NCBI GenBank assembly: GCA_012962735.1
Contig: DTXA01000509.1
Location: 1 to 36,671, forward strand
Direction: 5' to 3'
Length of the DNA stretch: 36,671 bases
From: Candidatus Latescibacterota bacterium
GTDB lineage: Bacteria; Latescibacterota; 4484-107; B68-G9
Made by a program: the position numbers and the translations under genes. Below the pieces are notes generated by a model, which made no database searches, was not told the origin of the DNA, and saw only the letters and a list, made by a program, of their open reading frames with translations. Below, one piece after another: positions 10,899-19,053 of this stretch; position 1 is the stretch's first letter, and every line of letters begins with the position of its first letter.

Positions 10899-12199
10899 CA
10901 CGTCCTCCCCGGATATTCCACTAACCCAGAAGTCCCCTGAAAGATGATCCCCTCGTGTCCCATATCCTCAGCGGACTCGACCGCATCCCGGATCACCGCC
11001 GGGGGCCAGAGCCTTCCTTTGACCACGGGGTATGAGACCCCGGAAATGAACGCCCGGGCCTTGTACAACTCCCGTACAAGGATGTCCTTGAGGGGCAAAC
11101 ACCTGTACTCCCCATCCGGCCCTCCCACCCCCAGGTCCTCTATCGCCTCAGGCAGGCCCGCCATGTCCCCATACCCGAACAGGCAGTACACCGATCTCAA
11201 TGCCTCCCTCTCCCCCAGCCCCGGGACCCAGGAGCACAAAAGGCCCGCATACGCCGCCCACGTCGAACTTATGAACACCTCCACGTGGGGAAGCAGGGGG
11301 CTGACGAAGTCCAGGCTCTCCCCCAGATCTCGGTATAGGTGGCCCACCAAGGGGGCGAAGGACGGCGGAAACGCATCCCCTCCGAAGAGCACCTTCCCCC
11401 CCGTAGCCCTGTGCACCGCATCCCGGAAGCGCCGCAGGTTCCGGGAGATCACCTCGGCCCGGAATCGGAACCAGTTCAAAACCCCCTCCTCCAGCACCTG
11501 CACCAGGTCCGTCCATCCCATCCCGGTCCGGGCCATATGTCGGACGGAACCGGCGTCCAGCCGCCTCAGTCCGTCTAAAAGCTGGGTCATCCCCCTCCGC
11601 ATCCCCTCGAAGTCGTACCCCATCTCCTCGGCCGCCTCCCGACACTTCGGGCATGCGCACCCGAAAAGCCCGTAGAAGAAAGCGGGAGCGGTGTACCGGT
11701 AGTGCGTCACGTCGATCCCCTCCACATCGTAACTCCGGGCCATATCCGAGAACGCGGCCTCGAACCATTCGTTCAGCTCCGGGTGGTTGGGACAGAACGT
11801 CAGCCAGTACTGCTCCACCGCATACGGGACCTCGGGCGTCTCGGAGACGGGCCTCCCCGAGAAATCCACCGAGACCATATCCGGGAATCGTTCCGCTCCG
11901 ATGTACTGCCATCCAGCACCCAAGAGCCAGACCCGGATCCCCCTTCTGTGCGCCTCTCGGATCGCCAGACGGAGAAGCGAATCGTCGTTCCCGTACTGCA
12001 CCCCCGGGGGCTCACCTCCGCCCCGCCTGGCCACGGGGTCCAGGGCCCGGACCTCCGGAGATAGGTTGTACCTCCCCCCCTTCAGGCCGGAGCCCAAGAT
12101 CACCAGGTTCAATCCTATCTCCCGCTGCAGCGCCTCTATGTACCTGGGGTCCCGGGCTACGACCTCGCTGTCGGTATACAACCCCACTAACTTACCCAT
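10898..12199 (-). CDS. Hypothetical glycoside-hydrolase-like TIM-barrel protein with CxCxxC motif
   Basis: AIREAHRRGIRV, FCPNHPE, YDVEGIDV..YRY, CACPKCRE and WFRFR resemble GHL10/GH42-like folds. Start trimmed to MGKLVG, overlapping the upstream stop. Confidence 0.6.
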   Translation of the reverse strand: MGKLVGLYTDSEVVARDPRYIEALQREIGLNLVILGSGLKGGRYNLSPEVRALDPVARRGGGEPPGVQYGNDDSLLRLAIREAHRRGIRVWLLGAGWQYIGAERFPDMVSVDFSGRPVSETPEVPYAVEQYWLTFCPNHPELNEWFEAAFSDMARSYDVEGIDVTHYRYTAPAFFYGLFGCACPKCREAAEEMGYDFEGMRRGMTQLLDGLRRLDAGSVRHMARTGMGWTDLVQVLEEGVLNWFRFRAEVISRNLRRFRDAVHRATGGKVLFGGDAFPPSFAPLVGHLYRDLGESLDFVSPLLPHVEVFISSTWAAYAGLLCSWVPGLGEREALRSVYCLFGYGDMAGLPEAIEDLGVGGPDGEYRCLPLKDILVRELYKARAFISGVSYPVVKGRLWPPAVIRDAVESAEDMGHEGIIFQGTSGLVEYPGRT

Positions 12200-13416
12200 C
12201 ACAAGGCTCCTTCCTCTGCGAATACCCTGGTCGCGGCCGCGACCCCGGCCCCAGCCGGCACATTCACCCCCATCTCCTTCAAGGTCTGCTCTAAAGCGTA
12301 GATCGTGGGCAACACGTACTGGGGTCTGGCCACGAACCCCATAGTCCCGATCCTGTCCCCCCCAATGGCCACCCCGTACTTCTCCTGCATCAACTTCCCT
12401 AACTTCCCTACATCCAAGCCCTTGGGCCACACTACCTTAGTGCAAGATGGGGCGGCGATCTCCTCCCTCTTGGCCTTCACCCCGAGGCCCAACGCCCGCA
12501 CCGCCTCCCGGACCGCCTTAGATGCCACCTTATGCCTCCAGAAGACCCTCTCCGGTCCCTCATCGAAGACCTCGTCCAAGGCGGCTTTCAGTCCCTTTAT
12601 AAGCACGTAGGAGGGAGAAGGCCCATGCGCAGCCTTGCGCGCGGCCGCCACCGCCACATCCTGGACACCTCCCTCCCCCCGGGCGACCGCGTATGCCCTG
12701 CGCACTCCTTGATGGTACGCCCGCCACACTGTCAGGTCCATACAGAGGGAGCGGATCGGGGTCCTCCGCTCCTCCATCCGTCTCCACGCCCGTTCGCTCA
12801 CGGCCACTATGGCCGTCCCCTGGGGGGCGTTCAGGCTCTTCTGAGGACTGGTGCAGCAAAGGTCTATCCCCCAGTCGTCCACCCTCACCTCCATACATGC
12901 GAACGAACTCACCGCATCCACCATGTAGAGCACTCCCGGGAACTTCCGCACCACATCCCCTATCTCGTCCACCGGGTTCACCGTGCCCATGCTCGTCTCC
13001 ACATGCACCACCGCCACCATCTTCGCCTCGGGATGTTCCTCCAAAGCCTCTCGTATCATCTCCAGGGTCACAACGTCCCCGTCCTCCACCCTCACCGGCA
13101 CGGGTTCCGCCCCTATAACCGATGCGATGTCGTACAGAACCTGGCCGAAGATGCCGGATATGGCCGTGATGACCGTATCCCCCTCCTCCAAGGTGCTAAC
13201 CATAGCCGCCTCTTCTCCATACGTGGCACAGCCGTCCATAAGGATGACATCGTCTTTGGTATGTAACAATCGCTGGATCATCTCTACGGCCGCGACTTCT
13301 ATCTCCCAGTAGGGGGGGTAGTAGATGGGCGTGCCCAACTGTTTCCCCATCTCTTCCAATGCCTTAGGATATATATCCGTCTGGCCGCAGCTCATGTTGA
13401 TACGGGCCTGTCGCAT
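12199..13416 (-). CDS. Class V PLP-dependent aminotransferase (alanine-glyoxylate/serine-pyruvate family)
   Basis: HVETSMG, VDAVSS, SPQKSL (PLP Lys) and RIGTMG motifs; GGAGGTGA RBS. Confidence 0.9.
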   Translation of the reverse strand: MRQARINMSCGQTDIYPKALEEMGKQLGTPIYYPPYWEIEVAAVEMIQRLLHTKDDVILMDGCATYGEEAAMVSTLEEGDTVITAISGIFGQVLYDIASVIGAEPVPVRVEDGDVVTLEMIREALEEHPEAKMVAVVHVETSMGTVNPVDEIGDVVRKFPGVLYMVDAVSSFACMEVRVDDWGIDLCCTSPQKSLNAPQGTAIVAVSERAWRRMEERRTPIRSLCMDLTVWRAYHQGVRRAYAVARGEGGVQDVAVAAARKAAHGPSPSYVLIKGLKAALDEVFDEGPERVFWRHKVASKAVREAVRALGLGVKAKREEIAAPSCTKVVWPKGLDVGKLGKLMQEKYGVAIGGDRIGTMGFVARPQYVLPTIYALEQTLKEMGVNVPAGAGVAAATRVFAEEGAL

Positions 13417-13446
13417 CACCTCACCTCCGTTTATCTTTATAGGGGC

Positions 13447-14301
13447 TTAGCCCTTGAGGGCCCCAACCGTGATCCCCTTGGTTATGCGCTCCTGCAAGAT
13501 GGCGTACCCGATTATCGTGGGCAACATCACTATCACCAGCCCAGCGAACAGCGAACCCCAGTCGGTCTTGTAGTGCTCCACCATCATCAGGTTCGCTATC
13601 CCCAGTGGCAAAGTCCTCAGGGCCGAAGACGATATCACCACAAGCGCTAGCACGTACTCGTTCCATATCGCTATGAAAGTGAATATCGCCACAGCTATGA
13701 GCCCCGGCTTGGCCAAAGGCAACATTATCCTCCAGAAAACTCCGAAGGGGGAACAACCATCTATGAGCCCGGCTTCCTCAAGTTCCTTGGGGATGGTCTT
13801 GAAGAAGGCGGTCAGCACGAAGACCGTAAACGGTATACCAGAGGCTATGTACACCGATATCAGCCCCGTATGGGTGTCCAAAAGCCCCAGGTCTTTCAGG
13901 AGGAAGAACATAGGCACTAACGCAAGGAATATCGGGAACATAAGCCCAGCCAAGAAGAAATAGTACAACAGTGAATTACCCCTGAACCTGTACCTGGCCA
14001 ACGCATAGCTCGCCATAGCGCCTATTATAAGCTGGATGGCCACCGTTGTCACGGTGACGAACACACTGTTGAAGAAAAAGCTCCCTATCTGAGCGTCCCT
14101 CCATGCGTTGATGTAGTTCTCAAAATGGAACTTCCTGGGAAGCGCCCATGCGTTGGCGAAGAGCTCCCTGCTCGACTTGAAGGAAGTATATGCCAGCCAC
14201 ACCATAGGGTATATCACCACGACGCTGTACGCGACGAAGATGACCTGCATAACCAACTTCCTGAGCAGTGCCCTCCAGTCCCGTCCTCTCACTTCCGGCA
14301 T
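13447..14301 (-). CDS. Carbohydrate ABC transporter permease (MalG-type)
   Basis: Multiple TM segments, ENY..AW, FFNS, IPKELEEAGLIDG (EAA loop), WNEY and C-terminal GALKG. Confidence 0.93.
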   Translation of the reverse strand: MPEVRGRDWRALLRKLVMQVIFVAYSVVVIYPMVWLAYTSFKSSRELFANAWALPRKFHFENYINAWRDAQIGSFFFNSVFVTVTTVAIQLIIGAMASYALARYRFRGNSLLYYFFLAGLMFPIFLALVPMFFLLKDLGLLDTHTGLISVYIASGIPFTVFVLTAFFKTIPKELEEAGLIDGCSPFGVFWRIMLPLAKPGLIAVAIFTFIAIWNEYVLALVVISSSALRTLPLGIANLMMVEHYKTDWGSLFAGLVIVMLPTIIGYAILQERITKGITVGALKG

Positions 14302-14311
14302 AGCCCCTCCC

Positions 14312-15190
14312 TCAGTACTGCACCGTCTCCCTCTTCTGAAGCCTTATGGACAACAGCGCAAGCACGAACGTTATCAGGAAAAGCGCAATGGCTATGGCTG
14401 TGGCATAGCCGAACTTTCCGAACTTGAATGCATTGTCGTAGAGGTACGTCGCCATGGTCTCCGTGCTCCGGTTCGGCCCACCGTCGGTCATTATCTTCAC
14501 AACCGCGAACGTCCCGAACCCGTTCAGGAGGAGGAACACAACCGTAACTTTCATAATCTCGCTCAAAAGTGGAAGCGTAACGTGCCAGAAAGCCTTCCAT
14601 TCGCTCGCACCGTCTATCTTCGCCGCATCATACAGGTCTGTGGGTATTCCCTCCAAGGCCGAAAGGTACAATATCATATAGAACCCCACGGCAGCCCAGA
14701 CCTTCACCGCCACTATGCACCAGGGAGCCGTCTTCACGCTCCCCAACCAGGCCGGCAGGCTCTTCATCCCCAAAATCCTCAGGAAATTGGTTAATATCCC
14801 GAAGTCCGGATTCAGCACGAAGGACCAAAGCACCGCAATGGCCACAACCGATATGAGATTGGGGAAGAAATACATGATCCTGAAGAACCTCGCCCCCCAA
14901 ACCAACCTCCGGGACATCACCACCGCGAAGAACAAAGCTATGACAGGTACGATCGTCCCGTTCGTCACTGTGAAGAACGAAGTGTTCTTCAGAGCGTTCC
15001 AGAAGTAGGGGTCGTGTAGCATAGTCCAGAAGTTCTCAAGCCCTATGAAAGACATCTGCGTGGAAACCCCACGCCAGTCGGTCAACCCGATGTAGAACGC
15101 CCTGATGTATGGGTACACCATAAATACCCCGTACATGATGAACGCGGGCATGATAAAAAGTGCTATCACCTTCCTCTGTCCCTTCCTCAT
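14312..15190 (-). CDS. Carbohydrate ABC transporter permease (MalF-type)
   Basis: FIGLENF, IPTDLYDAAKIDGA (EAA loop), MTDGGP and FGYATAIA motifs. Confidence 0.93.
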   Translation of the reverse strand: MRKGQRKVIALFIMPAFIMYGVFMVYPYIRAFYIGLTDWRGVSTQMSFIGLENFWTMLHDPYFWNALKNTSFFTVTNGTIVPVIALFFAVVMSRRLVWGARFFRIMYFFPNLISVVAIAVLWSFVLNPDFGILTNFLRILGMKSLPAWLGSVKTAPWCIVAVKVWAAVGFYMILYLSALEGIPTDLYDAAKIDGASEWKAFWHVTLPLLSEIMKVTVVFLLLNGFGTFAVVKIMTDGGPNRSTETMATYLYDNAFKFGKFGYATAIAIALFLITFVLALLSIRLQKRETVQY

Positions 15191-15235
15191 AATTCATCCC
15201 TCCCGCTCGGCCAGGTCCTTTCTATACCGAACTTC

Positions 15236-16588
15236 CTAACGAGAAGCCAATAGCTTAGGCGGTTCTCTGTGGTACTTACGGATGGTGGGATCCTTCCTTA
15301 TACGCTCTGCGATCCGCTCTATCCTATGGGCGAACTCCTCCGGGGGAATCCCCTCGTAAAGAAGCGCTGCTAAGGCGTTCTCGGCCCCATCCTCCATCTC
15401 CTCGTACCAGTCCGTGAACCTCATATAGAAAGTCTCGCCCTTTGCCGCCTTTACGGCATCTATAGCGCTTTGCAAGGCCTCTGGGATCTTTATTCCCTCT
15501 GTGGCCCCCTCGATCGGCATGAGGTCCCTGACCTTTCTGACGAAGTTCTGTGCCATCTTCTTGGAGAGTAGTATCCTCAAATACTCCATACCCAATTCTT
15601 TGTGCTTAGCCTGGGCCGGCACCCAGAGAGCTGCCCCGGCCGAGGCTTCTATAGCCTCCGCGCTCCCCTTCCCGCCCGGCACCGCCGGAAGGGGCATTAT
15701 CCTCATCCTGAACCCAGAGGGTATGGCCTCCTTCATCTCGTTCTCAAGCCACGTCCCGCAGGGGACCATCGCCGCCTTCCCCTGAAGCCATACCATCTGC
15801 GCTTCCGTATGGGTGAGGGCCGAGGACCCCTCCAAAACGTACCCCCTGTCTATCAGCTCCCTGCACATCCGCGCCGCCCTTACCACCTCAGGCCTCTCCC
15901 AGGCCCCCGGCACCAAGTTGTCCAAGTCTATCAGAAGTTCGTACCCTCCGATCTTGTACAACAGCGCGCGGAAGATGATGCTGTAGTACGAGGGATACCT
16001 TCCCTGGTGCACCAGGGGGGCTATGCCCATGGCCTCGATCTCCTCGCAAAGCTCGAGGAACTCATCCCATGTCTTGGGGGGCTTCCATCCGTACTTCTCG
16101 AACATATTCACATTATACCAAAGCCCCAGAACTGCGAAAGTGATCGGCAGGAAATACTGGTGTCCCTCGTACCTCCCCCGGTCCAGGGCCCCCGGCAGGA
16201 ACGTATCCTTGAACTTTATATGCTCCTGCCCGTACGCCGGCGCCTCCATAAGGGAGTCAAGGGGGGCCACCAGCCCTTCCTGTAGGTTCACCCATATATT
16301 TATGTTGTGTATCCCCCAGAAGACATCGGGGGGGTTGCCGGCCAAAAACCTCGTCCTGGTCTGGTCCCACACCCTCGGGTTCCCCCAGATGTAAGCTTTG
16401 TACCCCGGGTGTACCTTCTCGAACTCCCTTCCGGCGTCGTACAGCCACTCCATCCCGTACCCGCCCTGGAAGAAAGCGCCCTCCATCATCCGCTCGCCGA
16501 ACTCCCTTGTGCCCCCCCGTCCCTTGTACACGATGGAAAGCAGATACAAAGCTGCCAATAAGGCCAACCCTACCTTCTCCCTCAACAT
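15236..16588 (-). CDS. Carbohydrate ABC transporter solute-binding protein (NgcE-like, amino-sugar/chito-oligosaccharide type)
   Basis: N-terminal hydrophobic anchor; FQGGYG, GNPPDV, LWYN..MFEKYGW.PP.TWDE and GKAAMVPCGTWLENEM motifs; adjacent to two permeases. The substrate is inferred. Confidence 0.85.
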   Translation of the reverse strand: MLREKVGLALLAALYLLSIVYKGRGGTREFGERMMEGAFFQGGYGMEWLYDAGREFEKVHPGYKAYIWGNPRVWDQTRTRFLAGNPPDVFWGIHNINIWVNLQEGLVAPLDSLMEAPAYGQEHIKFKDTFLPGALDRGRYEGHQYFLPITFAVLGLWYNVNMFEKYGWKPPKTWDEFLELCEEIEAMGIAPLVHQGRYPSYYSIIFRALLYKIGGYELLIDLDNLVPGAWERPEVVRAARMCRELIDRGYVLEGSSALTHTEAQMVWLQGKAAMVPCGTWLENEMKEAIPSGFRMRIMPLPAVPGGKGSAEAIEASAGAALWVPAQAKHKELGMEYLRILLSKKMAQNFVRKVRDLMPIEGATEGIKIPEALQSAIDAVKAAKGETFYMRFTDWYEEMEDGAENALAALLYEGIPPEEFAHRIERIAERIRKDPTIRKYHREPPKLLASR

Positions 16589-16608
16589 AGGTCCTCCGGT
16601 AAAATGAT

Positions 16609-16647
16609 GGGCATACTACTTATACCGCAGGTATAAGTAGTATGCCC
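16609..16647. repeat. Perfect 18-bp inverted repeat with 3-nt loop
   Basis: GGGCATACTACTTATACC-GCA-GGTATAAGTAGTATGCCC, between the DUF4159 stop and the binding-protein RBS. Confidence 0.9.
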
Positions 16648-16679
16648 CTTAGCAGTCCTTCCCGCATTACCTGGAAAGG

Positions 16680-17864
16680 CTACCGCATCGTATACTGGCT
16701 GATGTTGGCGATCCCACCCGGCTGGGTGAGCGCATACACGATCAGGTTCACCCCGAACTGCAGCCCCCGCTCCCGGCCGGCCTGGGCCTCCGGGCAGGGG
16801 TCCCCCCAGTACCAGCTTATGTTTAGGTCGCTGAACACCACCGCAAGCCGGCCTCGGATCTCTATCCCCTCGAGATAATCCACATTCCCGCCCGTGGCCC
16901 CGCCTAAAGGCGGGCCGTCGTCGAAATCGTAGAAGCTGTGGAACAAGGGATGGTCGTTCGGGATGCGGAAAAACTTCGCCTCAGCCCCTAACGCCCGTTT
17001 CAGGAGCGCCCGCATCTGAGAATCGAAGGCCGTCCCCTTCAGCCCTCGCTGGGGGTTTGGCTTCCACTCTTTCTCCGTGCCCGTCGGGGGGATCTGGGGA
17101 GCTATGTCGTCGCAGAAGAGGAACCCCCCGTTGCGAAGGTACTCCCCCAGGTTTTTGATCTCGGTGTCGCTGAGGTCCATTACTGCCGTGTACCCCGTCA
17201 TGTAGATGAACGGGGCCTCGAACAGCCTGGGGTCGCTGAGCTCTATCTTCGTCCCCTCGATTTTGGCCCGGAGCTTGGTGTTGTCGTTTATGTACCGGAT
17301 CAAGTTCGGTATGGCCATCGGGTAAGAGTCCACATCCGGGTCCTGGAATTTATAGGTCACCAGGGTCATATTGAAGAAGCCCCGGATATTCCTCTTATTC
17401 TCCGGATCGGGTATCACGATGGCCTTATACCGACCTATGTCTAAGTCCTCCACGCTTAAAAGTTCGGTCTTGAGGTCCACGGCCTCCTGGGTTAGCGTGG
17501 GGGACCCTCCGGTCACATCCACCACCTCGGCCACCTCAAGCTGCATCTCCTCGGGCTTGGCCCCGCTGTAAGCGCCCATAACCTCCCGCATCGTAGGGGA
17601 TATCGCCCCGATGAGGTCAGCCCCAAGGGCGCTGATATCGGCGACCACCGTCACATCGGCGAGCTGAGGAGCCTGAGTTTGGGCCAAGACGAACTCCATC
17701 TGGACCTCGGAGAGTTCAGGCCTCTTGGCCAGCTCGAAGCTCTTCTTCAGGATGGGCGGCGGAGCCACGAAGCGGATATGGAACATCTCCTCCTCGGCCA
17801 CCCCTTTGGCCAAGCGCATGGAGATGTAAAACACAGCCCCGTGCATAAGCACGGATATGAACAT
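16680..17864 (-). CDS. DUF4159 domain protein with N-terminal TonB-like membrane anchor
   Basis: C-terminal PFIYMTG, LGEYLRNGGFLFCDD, IPNDHPLFHSFYDF, GIEIRGRLAVVFS and FGVNLIVYALT match DUF4159. N-terminal TM is SVLMHGAV followed by APPP. The true start may be upstream (ATT at 17894). Confidence 0.82.
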   Translation of the reverse strand: MFISVLMHGAVFYISMRLAKGVAEEEMFHIRFVAPPPILKKSFELAKRPELSEVQMEFVLAQTQAPQLADVTVVADISALGADLIGAISPTMREVMGAYSGAKPEEMQLEVAEVVDVTGGSPTLTQEAVDLKTELLSVEDLDIGRYKAIVIPDPENKRNIRGFFNMTLVTYKFQDPDVDSYPMAIPNLIRYINDNTKLRAKIEGTKIELSDPRLFEAPFIYMTGYTAVMDLSDTEIKNLGEYLRNGGFLFCDDIAPQIPPTGTEKEWKPNPQRGLKGTAFDSQMRALLKRALGAEAKFFRIPNDHPLFHSFYDFDDGPPLGGATGGNVDYLEGIEIRGRLAVVFSDLNISWYWGDPCPEAQAGRERGLQFGVNLIVYALTQPGGIANISQYTMR

Positions 17865-17926
17865 AGTGCCCAGAAGTCTGAGATGTTTCCGAATGGCTCA
17901 TCCCCCCTTTCTCGGAGAAAGGGCTC

Positions 17927-18352
17927 TCATCCTTTACCCTTCTCCTTGGGTGCTGTGGCCACGACGAGGTCAGTGCACCCCGCCTTCTTGGAGATGTCCA
18001 TCGCCTTCACCACCATGCCGTGGTAGGCCTTCTCATCCGCCTGGATGATGATCATCGTAGTGTTGTCCAACATCTTACGCTTCTTGATGATCTCTTCCTT
18101 CAGGTTGGCGAAAGTCACGCTCTTATGGTTGAGCTTAAGGTTCCCATCCTGGTCGATGGTGATGAACAGGTTCTCCTTCTCCGGGTTTTCAGCGGTCTCC
18201 GCCTCGGGGAGCTTAATATCCAACCCCGGAGTTATGGCGAACACTGCCGTCACCATAAAGAAGATCAGTAGCTGGAAGACCACATCTATCATCGGGGTCA
18301 TGTTCAGTCCTGCAGTTATCTCTCTACGCTCCTCAGTCTTACGCTGGATCAT
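17927..18352 (-). CDS. exbD: Biopolymer transport protein ExbD/TolR
   Basis: LNMTPMIDVVFQLLIFFMVT (conserved Asp), LP.A and IQAD....HG.VV..MD motifs. Confidence 0.93.
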   Translation of the reverse strand: MIQRKTEERREITAGLNMTPMIDVVFQLLIFFMVTAVFAITPGLDIKLPEAETAENPEKENLFITIDQDGNLKLNHKSVTFANLKEEIIKKRKMLDNTTMIIIQADEKAYHGMVVKAMDISKKAGCTDLVVATAPKEKGKG

Positions 18353-18367
18353 TTTCTGTTCACCTCC

Positions 18368-19024
18368 TTACGCCGCCTGCTTCATCCGGGTCAAGCGCCG
18401 CATCAGGGCATCTACAAAGAGGTGGCCATATGGCTCGAACTGGATGGCCTTGGTCGTGGCACGGCCATCGAAGACCGCATAGACCAACAGTGCGGGCACA
18501 GCTATAGAAAGCCCTGTCACCGTCGTGATCAAGGCCTCGGAAATACCCTTTGCCACGATCGTGGGCTCCCCCAATCCCTTCTCAGCTATCTGGGCGAACG
18601 CCACGATCATCCCCCTCACCGTCCCCAAAAGGCCCAGTAGCACCGATGTGCTGGCCAAAAAGCTCACCCAATCCAGGTACCTGCGCAGGTAACCCAGGGT
18701 CGCCCGCTCCACCGCCCCGTTTAGCTCAGCCCGTATCTCCTCTGAGGTGCGCTCCTCGGTGGAGAGGAACTGGAACCTCGCCACCCCCTCCGAGAGCACC
18801 TCCCCCTCAAGACGTCCCAGCCTTCTGCACGTCCGCTGGAGCTCATCTAAGGGGACGTCCCGGTTGATCATATCGATCACCTGGCCGGTCACCTTTCTGA
18901 TCTCCTCCACCTTGCGGGTGCGCAGGAAGGTGATCAACCTCTCCAAGAAGAACCCCACCACCATAATAGACCACAACAACAAGGGGTACATAAACGGGCC
19001 ACCTTTCTGGAAGAACTCTATCAT
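18368..19024 (-). CDS. exbB: MotA/TolQ/ExbB proton channel protein
   Basis: GGPFMYPL, LLGLLGTVRGMIVAF and GISEALITTVTGLSIAVP motifs. Confidence 0.93.
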   Translation of the reverse strand: MIEFFQKGGPFMYPLLLWSIMVVGFFLERLITFLRTRKVEEIRKVTGQVIDMINRDVPLDELQRTCRRLGRLEGEVLSEGVARFQFLSTEERTSEEIRAELNGAVERATLGYLRRYLDWVSFLASTSVLLGLLGTVRGMIVAFAQIAEKGLGEPTIVAKGISEALITTVTGLSIAVPALLVYAVFDGRATTKAIQFEPYGHLFVDALMRRLTRMKQAA

Positions 19025-19053
19025 CGCACCTCCCTCCTTTCGAAGTTGTTTTT

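Noticed and set aside
17898..17900. In-frame UGA as selenocysteine or alternative genetic code
   Set aside because: Many genes here end in UGA, the position is not a Cys-like catalytic site, and no SECIS-like hairpin was evident.
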